64,000 bases of DNA. It comes from Candidatus Binatia bacterium (GTDB lineage Bacteria; Desulfobacterota; Binatia; HRBIN30). The stretch lies in assembly GCA_026004215.1 (NCBI GenBank), contig BPIR01000001.1:1543860-1607859 (forward strand), in the 5' to 3' direction. A program made the translations under genes and the position numbers. Below the pieces are notes generated by a model. The model was given only the letters and a program-made list of their open reading frames with translations. It was not told where the DNA came from and made no database searches. Shown in pieces: positions 15,698 to 24,112 of the stretch (position 1 is the stretch's first letter; each line of letters starts with the position of its first letter).

Positions 15698-18502
15698 TCA
15701 GTCGGGCGGCGGCACTTTCGGGGTGCGGGTGGGAGTCGCCGTCGGCGTCAGGCTCGGCGGCGGGCAACGGTTGCCGAACGCAAGGTTCACCAACTGCCCA
15801 CACATCAAGGAGATGCTGTGGGTGCCCGGAGGAGGCGGGAACGTCTGGCCGCATCCGCCTTGGGAAACCTCCTGCACAGTATACGAACCCGGCGCAGGTA
15901 TGCCGGCACACGTCGTGCCGGCGGGACCCGTGACCACACTTGCCGACAACGTGTTGCTCGCGTCGAAAAACTGAATCGTCCACCCTTGCAGCCCGGGCTC
16001 GCCGTCGTTCTGGCCATTGGCGTTCAGGTCCCAGAACTTCGTCACGCACACCTCGGCAAAACATGGGGAGGGGGTCGTTGTCGGCGAGTACGTCGGCGTG
16101 CGTGTGGCGGTGCGCGTCGAGGTGCGCGTGTTCGTCGCCGCTTGCGTTGGAGTGGAAGTACCGTTGGGTAGCCCGCTCGCAGTCGGTGTTGCCGTGCAAA
16201 AGATACCTGCCGGGCAGTGCGGCGTAGGAGAAGGTGTCGCGGGCTCTACAACGACGCAATGACAGCCGGAGTCGTCGGGCTTGGGCACGCACACTTCGTT
16301 CGGATTCGGGCAGGTCCCGCCGCACATCCGCGGGCCGACAAAGCGGCACTCGCCGTCCACCGTTGCCGTGGGTGTGATGGTCGGCCGCAGGGTTGCCGTG
16401 CGTGAAGGGGTTCTTGTCGCTGAGGCCGTACGTGTCAGCGTGCTGCTCGGGGTGGGGGTGAACGGAGCCGGTGTCTTGCACTTTCCTCCTGAGCCCGCCA
16501 AGGCGGCAATCTCCGCCGCCGCCAGCGCACGATCGAAAACCTCGATTTCGTCGAGCGTGAACTCGAACCCATTGTCGGGCAGTCGGGATTTTCCAAGCCA
16601 AAGCGGCAGTGCGTTGTTTCCCGTGCCGGTGGCCGGGGAAAACACCGGCCCGAGCGGTGCGCCGTTGAGGAAAAACTGCCCGGCGTTTGCCGTGCGGTCC
16701 ACGGTGATCGCCAAGTGCAACCACTGGCCAGAGTATGGCCAAGGTGGATTCAGGGGCAGAAACGAGTTCGTTGGCGCATCCCATTCAAGGGTGCCGGAGA
16801 ACAGCCCAGCACACGCCGGCGCGGATGCTCCCTCCCACAAGCAAACGTCCACGGTCACGCTGACCAAAAATCCGTCCGGCGCGTTCGGCGGCAGTGCCGG
16901 AGCGGCGGTGGTGCGAAGCGCGAAGGCGTATCCGCTATTCGTGTTCGGATCGAGTTTGTCCACAACGGCAAAGTGCCGGGTCTGGCCAGGCGACAGGTTG
17001 GGAATGCCGCCGAAAGACAAGGTTCCGGGGGGAAACGCGGCAAACCACGCATCAATGGTGAACGAGCTTGTCGCCAGGTCGAAGGCGGTGGAGGGGGGAA
17101 CGGCCGCCACCTCGTTTCCCGAGAAAAAGTACAGTGCCGTTCCCACTCGGCCTGCGACCGTTACTGGGCCGTTGCCGAAGTTCGAGTTCACCGGCGCCGG
17201 CAATGGCGTACCATGATGAGCAGCTCCGCCGATATCCAGCACCGAGGTCGCTCCGCTCGGGTCATCCAGCGGCCACCAAGCGACGGCTCCAGGGGGCAGC
17301 GGCACGCACGTAGGCGTCGCTGTGGGGGAGAACGTCCGGGTTGGCGAAGGTGTAGCCGTTCCGGTTGGAGTTCGTGTCGGCGTGGCCGTGGCCGAGGGGC
17401 TGGGGCTGCGGGTGAAGCTCCAAGTCGGCGATGCGGTGAACGTTCGCGTCGCTGAGAAACTTGCACTCGGCGAGGCCGAGCGGGTCGGGGTCCTCGAGGG
17501 CGTGAAAGTGGCTGTGGGCGTCGCCGGAGCGCAATCCGCCTCGACTCGGGCACGCACCAGCAAACCGGTTACATTGCTCAAGTTGTTCACGCGAAATTCG
17601 AGCGTGTCGCTGCCGGTGAATGGCGGAAACGGGGGCGTAGTCGCCACGAAATTCAGGGGCTGCAGGACGGCAAAACAGTTACTCGTTGCAGGGCTGCACG
17701 AGCCGATGAGCGTGCCGTTGAGCAAGATGCTCGGCACGGTGTTGTCGGCTGCGTACTGGCCAACGATGCGCAAGGCGGTGTACTGGCTTATGGGTGCCGC
17801 GATTGCGATTTGGATCGCGTAACGGGCGCTCGGACCAGGGCTGGGGTTTCCCGATGCGCTCGGTTGGATCCACCACGAACCTGCTGCCGGTATCGCCCAG
17901 GCAGAGTGCGGCGCAGTGGTAAACGGCACCGCACCGATCGGTGGCGTGGGTGGCAAAAAGCGCCAGAACGGATCGGGAACAGCGGGTCCGCCAGCTCCCT
18001 GCCCCGTGCTGATGTCGGCAACCAGTGTCTGTCCGGGACCTACACAGGGCCCCAGTTGCACAACTGGGCCGAGTCGCGGGCTGGCCGTAGGCGTGGCTGT
18101 GTGCGTATGTGTCGGCGTACGAGGCGAAAAGGCCGTCGCGCTCGGTGTTGGCGTGGGGGTTCCGCCACCGAGAGGCGGGCAACCTGCGAGCACGGATCGC
18201 ACGGCGCGCACGATTTCGTCCACCGTAATCCTTCCGTCGCCGTCGGTATCTCCGGCAGCGCAGGCACGAGCATCCTCCAGCAGCAAAGCAATGCGCACCA
18301 GAGTGACGATTTCGTTCACCGTCACCGAGCCGTCATCGTCACAGTCTCCGGCACACGTCTCGGCAATCGCTGTAAGCGGTGTCGAAGCCAGCCACAGAAC
18401 GCCCACTGCAAGCACAAAGTCACCACGCACTCGGCGTACGATCGAGCCCCAGATCGAGGCACGTGAAGCCGCAAACCAGCGGAATCGGGGCACATGCGTC
18501 AT
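15698..18502 (-). CDS. Large secreted multidomain protein: dockerin-like repeats, PT-rich linkers, LamG/ConA-like domain, SdrD-B/CNA-B-like C-terminal domain
   Basis: Signal peptide MTHVPRFRWFAASRASIWG..., then CAGDCDDDGSVTVNEIVTLVRIAL...DTDGDGRITVDEIVRAV (dockerin type I-like). Several (S/T)P(T/S) linker blocks. LamG-like segment (LHLAITVDRTANAGQFFLNGAPLG...LDEIEVFDRALAAAEIAAL). C-terminal VTKFWDLNANGQNDGEPGLQGWTIQFFD (SdrD B-like). Confidence 0.75.
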   Translation of the reverse strand: MTHVPRFRWFAASRASIWGSIVRRVRGDFVLAVGVLWLASTPLTAIAETCAGDCDDDGSVTVNEIVTLVRIALLLEDARACAAGDTDGDGRITVDEIVRAVRSVLAGCPPLGGGTPTPTPSATAFSPRTPTHTHTATPTASPRLGPVVQLGPCVGPGQTLVADISTGQGAGGPAVPDPFWRFLPPTPPIGAVPFTTAPHSAWAIPAAGSWWIQPSASGNPSPGPSARYAIQIAIAAPISQYTALRIVGQYAADNTVPSILLNGTLIGSCSPATSNCFAVLQPLNFVATTPPFPPFTGSDTLEFRVNNLSNVTGLLVRARVEADCAPATPTATFTPSRTPTRSASPSASFSATRTFTASPTWSFTRSPSPSATATPTRTPTGTATPSPTRTFSPTATPTCVPLPPGAVAWWPLDDPSGATSVLDIGGAAHHGTPLPAPVNSNFGNGPVTVAGRVGTALYFFSGNEVAAVPPSTAFDLATSSFTIDAWFAAFPPGTLSFGGIPNLSPGQTRHFAVVDKLDPNTNSGYAFALRTTAAPALPPNAPDGFLVSVTVDVCLWEGASAPACAGLFSGTLEWDAPTNSFLPLNPPWPYSGQWLHLAITVDRTANAGQFFLNGAPLGPVFSPATGTGNNALPLWLGKSRLPDNGFEFTLDEIEVFDRALAAAEIAALAGSGGKCKTPAPFTPTPSSTLTRTASATRTPSRTATLRPTITPTATVDGECRFVGPRMCGGTCPNPNEVCVPKPDDSGCHCVVVEPATPSPTPHCPAGIFCTATPTASGLPNGTSTPTQAATNTRTSTRTATRTPTYSPTTTPSPCFAEVCVTKFWDLNANGQNDGEPGLQGWTIQFFDASNTLSASVVTGPAGTTCAGIPAPGSYTVQEVSQGGCGQTFPPPPGTHSISLMCGQLVNLAFGNRCPPPSLTPTATPTRTPKVPPPD

Positions 18503-20738
18503 AGGGAGCGCCTTTCGCGGAAAGCTGCTCGTGTCTCTGCAGGTCCCGCAGGGGCCGAGCTCCGTCGCTCGATGGGCCAAACGGCGTGCTTGCCGCAACG
18601 TTCTCTCTTACGCCCTTGGAGCCGCCACCACAAGCGCGCAACGGGTCATTTCGCTCCGCCCGCAAAGCTGCGGCACCGTGCCGCGCTGTAGGGAGTTCCC
18701 CTACGGCGGCGATTGCGCCACCTGGCGCTTCTCCATCGAACGATCAGCGGCGGGGGTAGTTCGACCGAGCCTTCGGGAGTGCAAGGAAGTTGCACACTTC
18801 TGACAGAGACGTCGCAGAGACTCCTGCCGAGGAGCCGCCCTCGAGCAGGGCCCCAAACGCCCGAAGACAATCACCTGCGCGGCGCCCAATAACCGCTCCG
18901 GCAGCCGGCTGGAGGTTGCTGGACGCATTCCAGCTCCGTGTCCTGGGGCTTGCTCGCCGACCGGATGCGGGGCCGTATCCCGCGACACCTGGAGCCTAGG
19001 GATGCTGTGAATGTGTCGAGCTGGTCGAACATGTCTCACACACGTTCCCTCGCAGCGCGGCGCGTTGCCGGGAGCGATCACCCACGGGTCCGGCCCTGCC
19101 TCACGACCCGTCCCCGCGACTGCGCGTTGCGCTCACGCACGACCTCCAGACGGGCAACCTACCCTGGACCCTCGACGACGCCACTTGCTCACGGGATTCC
19201 CCCGTCAGAGCAAAGCAGCGCGATTGCAGGCACAAGGGAGATTATGTCAAGCGGCAGGCAGCATGTCTTTCGCACCGCACCAGGCGCGCCGGCGTGCGTC
19301 CTAAGATCGTTCACCCTGTGCCCGGCCCTCTCGGCCGTACCCGGCCGAGTGCTGAGTTAATGCAGTGCGCGCCCCAGCGCCTCTCCAGGATCTTGGCGCA
19401 TAGTGGCCAGTCAGCTCACAATGTCGGGGTTTGTAGGTGAAGGCTAACGGCTCGCGACTCAGCCGCGCAGATTACTGCGGCAGCCATCCCCGGTTCAGCC
19501 GACACCTACCTCGACGAACCCCCCTCCGAGTTGTGAGGCGGCAGCGGCAAACCGTCTTCCTTCGGGTTCTCGATGTCAAGCTCGATTACCTCTCGAAAAA
19601 TCAGTTGCAGCCCTTCTCTCGAGTCTGCCCGCTGCCGCCCCGGCTCGGCGTTGCTCCCGATCGTCTCGCCGCGCGTTCTCCTGTCCTCACGGGTTGCTGC
19701 TTCTTCAACTTGCTGGTATCGCTGGGGCGTAGCGGGTTGGTCAAGACCTTCCTTCGAGCTCGGTCACCGTGCCAGGCTTCGCGGGGTGAGTTTCGACTGC
19801 CCCCGTCTTTCGCCAGGCGTCCTCGCTGACTTTCGGCCTCCGCTTCGCGTCGCTGTCGGCTAACGGCTCGCGCATCACACGCAGCGGAAGGCGCTGTCCG
19901 CTGAATGCGCTGGCTAGGTTCCGCATGATCTGTGCCGTGCAGGTGCTCGCACACATGTCGCGGCTGCAGTGTGTGGTCTGCGCAATGGCACGACCATAAC
20001 GATCCCTGCCCAGCCGTCGCACAAAAACCCGCGCGCATAGCGGAAATGCGCGCTGCATCTGCCTGAATGCTTTCAGGCCTTGCGCCGTGTGTCGTGGGCA
20101 GCGGGTCAACGCGCCATCCGGCAACGCAAGTGCAGCGTCGGCACGTCGAAACTGCGGCAATCCACGAGGACACTGGCGCAGTCGATCCAGCGCTGAGCGT
20201 CGCTGGCAAGCTCATGAACGCATTTATTTCATGCGCGGAAATTTTGCGTTTTCCGACCGAACGAAGCCAGCGTCTTTCGCCATCAATAGCATGGACCCGC
20301 TCAAATAGGTTGTGGGTTGGGCCGACGCTGACCGAAAAGCCTTGCGCGCCTCCACTTTCCTCCACCATGCTTTCGTGCACGGCGGTGTTTTTGGGTTTGT
20401 TTGGAATCCGCAGTCGGAGAGGAGAAGCAGTTGCCCAGTCTGCCCGGCACCGTTCAGGGGGTTCACCCACCAACAAATCCAGAGCGCCCAAGTGTCCGCA
20501 CTTCACCACCGTCACCCTGCACGGCAGTCCGGCTCCACAGGCGCTGGGCCGTATACGGCGGGACCCTCGCTGGGTCACCGTTTCGGATCTTGTCGAGCCC
20601 GAGAGGCTTCTCTAGTCGTGGCGTGCCAGGGTCCAAACAGAGCAGTTGCGCAACGGGCGTGCCCGCAGTCGGAGACAATCCCGGATCGAGATGCATCGCT
20701 GGGAAGTCAGGCAACCAAGTCGTTAGCGAAGGCAGCGC

Positions 20739-22220
20739 TTACGAACCCTCGTCCACGAGGCGGTAGCCGCATTCGTCTTTCTTGTACAGGCGGCGAAAAT
20801 CGGGCTGGGCCCACATGTCGCGGTGAGCAGGCATATAAAGCACTTTAGCGTCGGCGTCAGGTATCACGATGTATTTGGGCCGCAACGACAGCACGTACCT
20901 GGAGTCGTACTTTTCGTGACCGGCTAGACCCGTTCCCATCGGCACTCGACTCTCGCGAGCAATGTGCAGGTTGGTCAGTCCCAGCATGTCAATCACGTGG
21001 CGGTTCGTGCAGTATTTGATCAAGCCGATACCAATTGTGGCGATACGGTCGTCTTCCTTGGTTTTGCCCAGGAGGCAACGGCACTGGTTTCTGCCCAGCG
21101 CCGCGATGAAATTGGCCGTCCGCTGGTTCCGTCGTTGGAGCCCCAAGTCCGCAACGGTGGCGCGCGCACACCACGCTGCAGCGAGGACGAGCACTGCGAA
21201 AAACGCGAAGCGGTCCGGAGAGGTTCTCGTGCCTGCAAGGACCCACACAGCACCGACCCATCCCAACACCACCAACGCAGGCACGACAGGCACCCAAAAG
21301 CGGTAAAAGTGGAACACGTCGCCACCTACGGCAACGATGTAAGCCACATAAAGCCCGAGGAAACCATACACCGCGACCAGCCGCCGACACACTGGAAACA
21401 GCAAGGGCAACAAACTCGCGCACAGCAGCACCGCTCCCCAGTCATGGAAAAACAACCGGAAGTAAGCCACTCCGCGCGCAAGCTGGTCAGCGGTCGCACC
21501 GACCTTGGCGTAAAACGTGTTCGGCAGCAGATAGCCGTAATACCAAACGCGCCAAACAAAATACGGGCCGAACAGCAGCGCAAACACGAGCCCCAGCCGC
21601 GCGCCTCGCCACCCGTGCAGCCGCACCGCGTCGGCCGACAACAACCCAGCGAGCAGCCAGCCTTCGGGACGGGTCATCCCCGCCAAAGCCAGCCACAGCG
21701 CGGTCGCGAGAGACCTCCCTCCACTGCGCACGTACGACCACAGCGCAACCGTTACGAGAAAGGCGAACAGCGTCGTTTCCATGCCCGAAGCCGCCCACCA
21801 AGAAAGTGGCGGCCACGCCGCCAGCAAGATCGCCGCCCCAGACGCTGCGGCGGCATAACGCCGGGGAAGAAGCTCCCAGGCCAAACCCGTTGCCGCCACC
21901 AGCGCCCCAATTGCCGCCGCGATTCCCAACGCCGTGCTCCACGCTTCGATGGGAAAGCCGAGCCACAAACCAAGAGCCGACAACGCCACCCAGAGAAAGC
22001 AGGTATACCCCTCCACGCGCTCGCCCACGTTGAACACGATGCCATGCCCGTCCACCCAATTGCGCGCGTACGAAAACGTGATGTAGGCATCGTCCAGCTT
22101 CCAATTGAAGACGATCGCTTGGAAAGCGACTGCCGCCCCTGCCGCGAGAAGAACAGAGGCCCCGAGCAGAAAAGACCGCTCGCGAGTACTTTCTTCCCCG
22201 GTCCTGTCGGGGCCAGCCAT
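20739..22220 (-). CDS. Polytopic membrane protein, GT-C-like glycosyltransferase candidate
   Basis: About 12 predicted TM helices with a DDAYITFSYARNW motif near the first loop and a soluble C-terminal domain. Family uncertain. Start chosen at MAGPDRTG. Confidence 0.5.
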   Translation of the reverse strand: MAGPDRTGEESTRERSFLLGASVLLAAGAAVAFQAIVFNWKLDDAYITFSYARNWVDGHGIVFNVGERVEGYTCFLWVALSALGLWLGFPIEAWSTALGIAAAIGALVAATGLAWELLPRRYAAAASGAAILLAAWPPLSWWAASGMETTLFAFLVTVALWSYVRSGGRSLATALWLALAGMTRPEGWLLAGLLSADAVRLHGWRGARLGLVFALLFGPYFVWRVWYYGYLLPNTFYAKVGATADQLARGVAYFRLFFHDWGAVLLCASLLPLLFPVCRRLVAVYGFLGLYVAYIVAVGGDVFHFYRFWVPVVPALVVLGWVGAVWVLAGTRTSPDRFAFFAVLVLAAAWCARATVADLGLQRRNQRTANFIAALGRNQCRCLLGKTKEDDRIATIGIGLIKYCTNRHVIDMLGLTNLHIARESRVPMGTGLAGHEKYDSRYVLSLRPKYIVIPDADAKVLYMPAHRDMWAQPDFRRLYKKDECGYRLVDEGS

Positions 22221-22704
22221 GCCCGGATGGATCCGTGTCGTCCAAGGGATTCCACTTCGAGCTCTAGGGCTGAACCGAGGCCAAAAATTCATGGTCCGCA
22301 CGAGTGCGTCCGAGATAATCGCAAAGCCAGCGCGGTGCAACGCGGATTTGTCATTCAGTGGACTTTCTGCTCTCCGTGGTACTGCACCCTAATAGGCGAA
22401 TTCCGTGGCCTCGCTCGTGTGCGCCTCGGAGGCTGCAAAGCTCTCTCCGAGCAGGGTTAATGCCCTTTCCATCGCGATGGCCGGACACGCCTTAGGCACG
22501 GTCGTCAACGGATCCACGCCTGAACGAGCAAGGGGCGAACCTCGATCCCCGCATCATCAACGCCCGCCTGCCTGCAAGGCACAGTGTTTTTGGAGCCGGC
22601 TATTCGTGCGGCTGCGGGCAACCCGCCATAGGCGATCGTTGCCTCTTGCCCACCGGGCTCGATCTCACGTCATGACGAGAGAGCGCGATTCGACCCAAAG
22701 GCCT

Positions 22705-23937
22705 TCACTTATCTTCCAAGTATCCCAGGGCGCGCAAACGCTCTTTGGTAGCGGCGTCCACCGCATCTTCTCCACTCGAAGCAGGGAGCGTCCCGCTCAC
22801 CGCGGCCAGTCGCATGTAACTCCGGCGAGGCAGTTGCGAGGTCTCGACCTTTCGACCGCGAAAAGCTTGTACCACCGCTCCGCGAGTGCCTTGCGGCAAC
22901 GGCACTTCGAGCAGAGCCAAGACGGTAGGCAGCACGTCGAACGGGCTTACGGAGCCCAAAGCCTTGCCCGGTTCGACCTTCGGCCCGTACAACAGCAGCA
23001 CCGCCGCATCCGCCGCTTCTTGGCTTTCGTGCGCCCCTGGCGGCCGGCCCTTAGGGTTCGGTTCGAAGCCATGGTCCGAAAGGAGCACGAGATGGGAGGC
23101 GGCCGGCATTCGTTGCCACAACTCGCCCACAAACTCGTCGAGCGTCTTCAAATGTCGGCGCACCTCCACCCCACCACACCCTTCGATGTCCGCCGCATCC
23201 CACGTCCGATGGGAAACCCGGTCGAGGCCGTTGAGATACACCAGAAGGGTCTCCACAGGCACAGCTTGAAGAGACCGATACGCGAGGTCGAGCATCGCGC
23301 TATCGAGGGTGCGCGCACTTTTTGCGTCGAGCACCTTGGGCAGCTTTTGTTGCCGGCTGACGGTAATTGTTTCCGCCAAGAGCGGCGGGTAAATCACCGG
23401 CGCTTCCATGCCCGTGGCGCGACCAAAGGTAATTTCCGACAACCCTTTCAGTTCGGACTCAAAGTAACGGTCCGTCACGATGAAGCCACGGATTGCCTCC
23501 GGCGGGAACGAAAACCACCAGTTGACCACCCCGACGGTGCGCTCGTTCTGCGAGAGAATTTCCCACAACGCTGGCCGCTTGCGTTGGACGGAACGGTACA
23601 ACTCCCATCCCTGCGGTGTGTTAAATACAAATCCGTAGATACCGTGCTCGTCTTTGGTCACTCCGGTGACGTACGTGGTCCAAATTGCCGGCGATACCGG
23701 CGGCAAGCCGATTTCAGAGTTGCGGATCGTCCCGCTTGCACCCTCGCGTAACAGCCGGCCAAAATTCGGTAGCTCGCCAGCCGCAACGAGCCGCCGCAAG
23801 ACGCGGTCGTCGAGACCATCGATACCCAAAACGATCAACCGAGGCGACAGCGTTCGCGAATCGGGACGAAGCCACCACAGAGCTGCCCCTGATCCAACCG
23901 CAACCGCCAGTGCCAACAAAGTCAGTTTCCAACGCAT
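22705..23937 (-). CDS. Alkaline-phosphatase superfamily: type I phosphodiesterase/nucleotide pyrophosphatase-like
   Basis: Signal or TM start MRWKLTLLALAVAV; metal-binding region LIVLGIDGLDDRVL and ...LLSDHGF motif typical of the PF01663 family. Confidence 0.7.
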   Translation of the reverse strand: MRWKLTLLALAVAVGSGAALWWLRPDSRTLSPRLIVLGIDGLDDRVLRRLVAAGELPNFGRLLREGASGTIRNSEIGLPPVSPAIWTTYVTGVTKDEHGIYGFVFNTPQGWELYRSVQRKRPALWEILSQNERTVGVVNWWFSFPPEAIRGFIVTDRYFESELKGLSEITFGRATGMEAPVIYPPLLAETITVSRQQKLPKVLDAKSARTLDSAMLDLAYRSLQAVPVETLLVYLNGLDRVSHRTWDAADIEGCGGVEVRRHLKTLDEFVGELWQRMPAASHLVLLSDHGFEPNPKGRPPGAHESQEAADAAVLLLYGPKVEPGKALGSVSPFDVLPTVLALLEVPLPQGTRGAVVQAFRGRKVETSQLPRRSYMRLAAVSGTLPASSGEDAVDAATKERLRALGYLEDK

Positions 23938-24112
23938 CGCACTGAAAGCCTCGCAAGCGTTTTGGCGCTGAACGGCCGCAAGCGCAACTGCGGTCACCTA
24001 CATGCTGCAGTTGCAGGGGCCAATGGGGCTCGACGAAGCTCGAGAGGCCACGATCTCGAATTTGTTGACCCCGACTGCTGCGCCCCCCGGTAAAGGCCAG
24101 GCGCTGAGCCGC

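Noticed and set aside
16281-17455. 311-aa and 246-aa plus-strand ORFs inside the giant LamG/SdrD gene
   Set aside because: Antisense to a gene with clear domain architecture. Their composition is Gly/Val/Arg-biased.
19437-19829. 130-aa ORF starting MKANGSRLSRADYC... overlapping one copy of the 15-mer repeat
   Set aside because: 19 of 130 residues are Arg, and there is no hydrophobic core or motif. It is probably non-coding.
19601-20578. 325-aa minus-strand ORF in the 18.6-20.7 kb gap
   Set aside because: Ser/Arg/Ala-rich, no motifs, no RBS or start context. It is treated as non-coding, and the region is reported as a finding instead.
20964-22460. 498-aa plus-strand ORF over the GT-C membrane protein gene
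   Set aside because: Extremely Arg/Pro/Gln-rich with no hydrophobic core. The minus strand encodes a coherent 12-TM protein.
22405-23751. 448-aa plus-strand ORF over the phosphodiesterase gene
   Set aside because: Antisense, Arg-rich, with no motifs. The minus strand shows alkaline-phosphatase-superfamily blocks.
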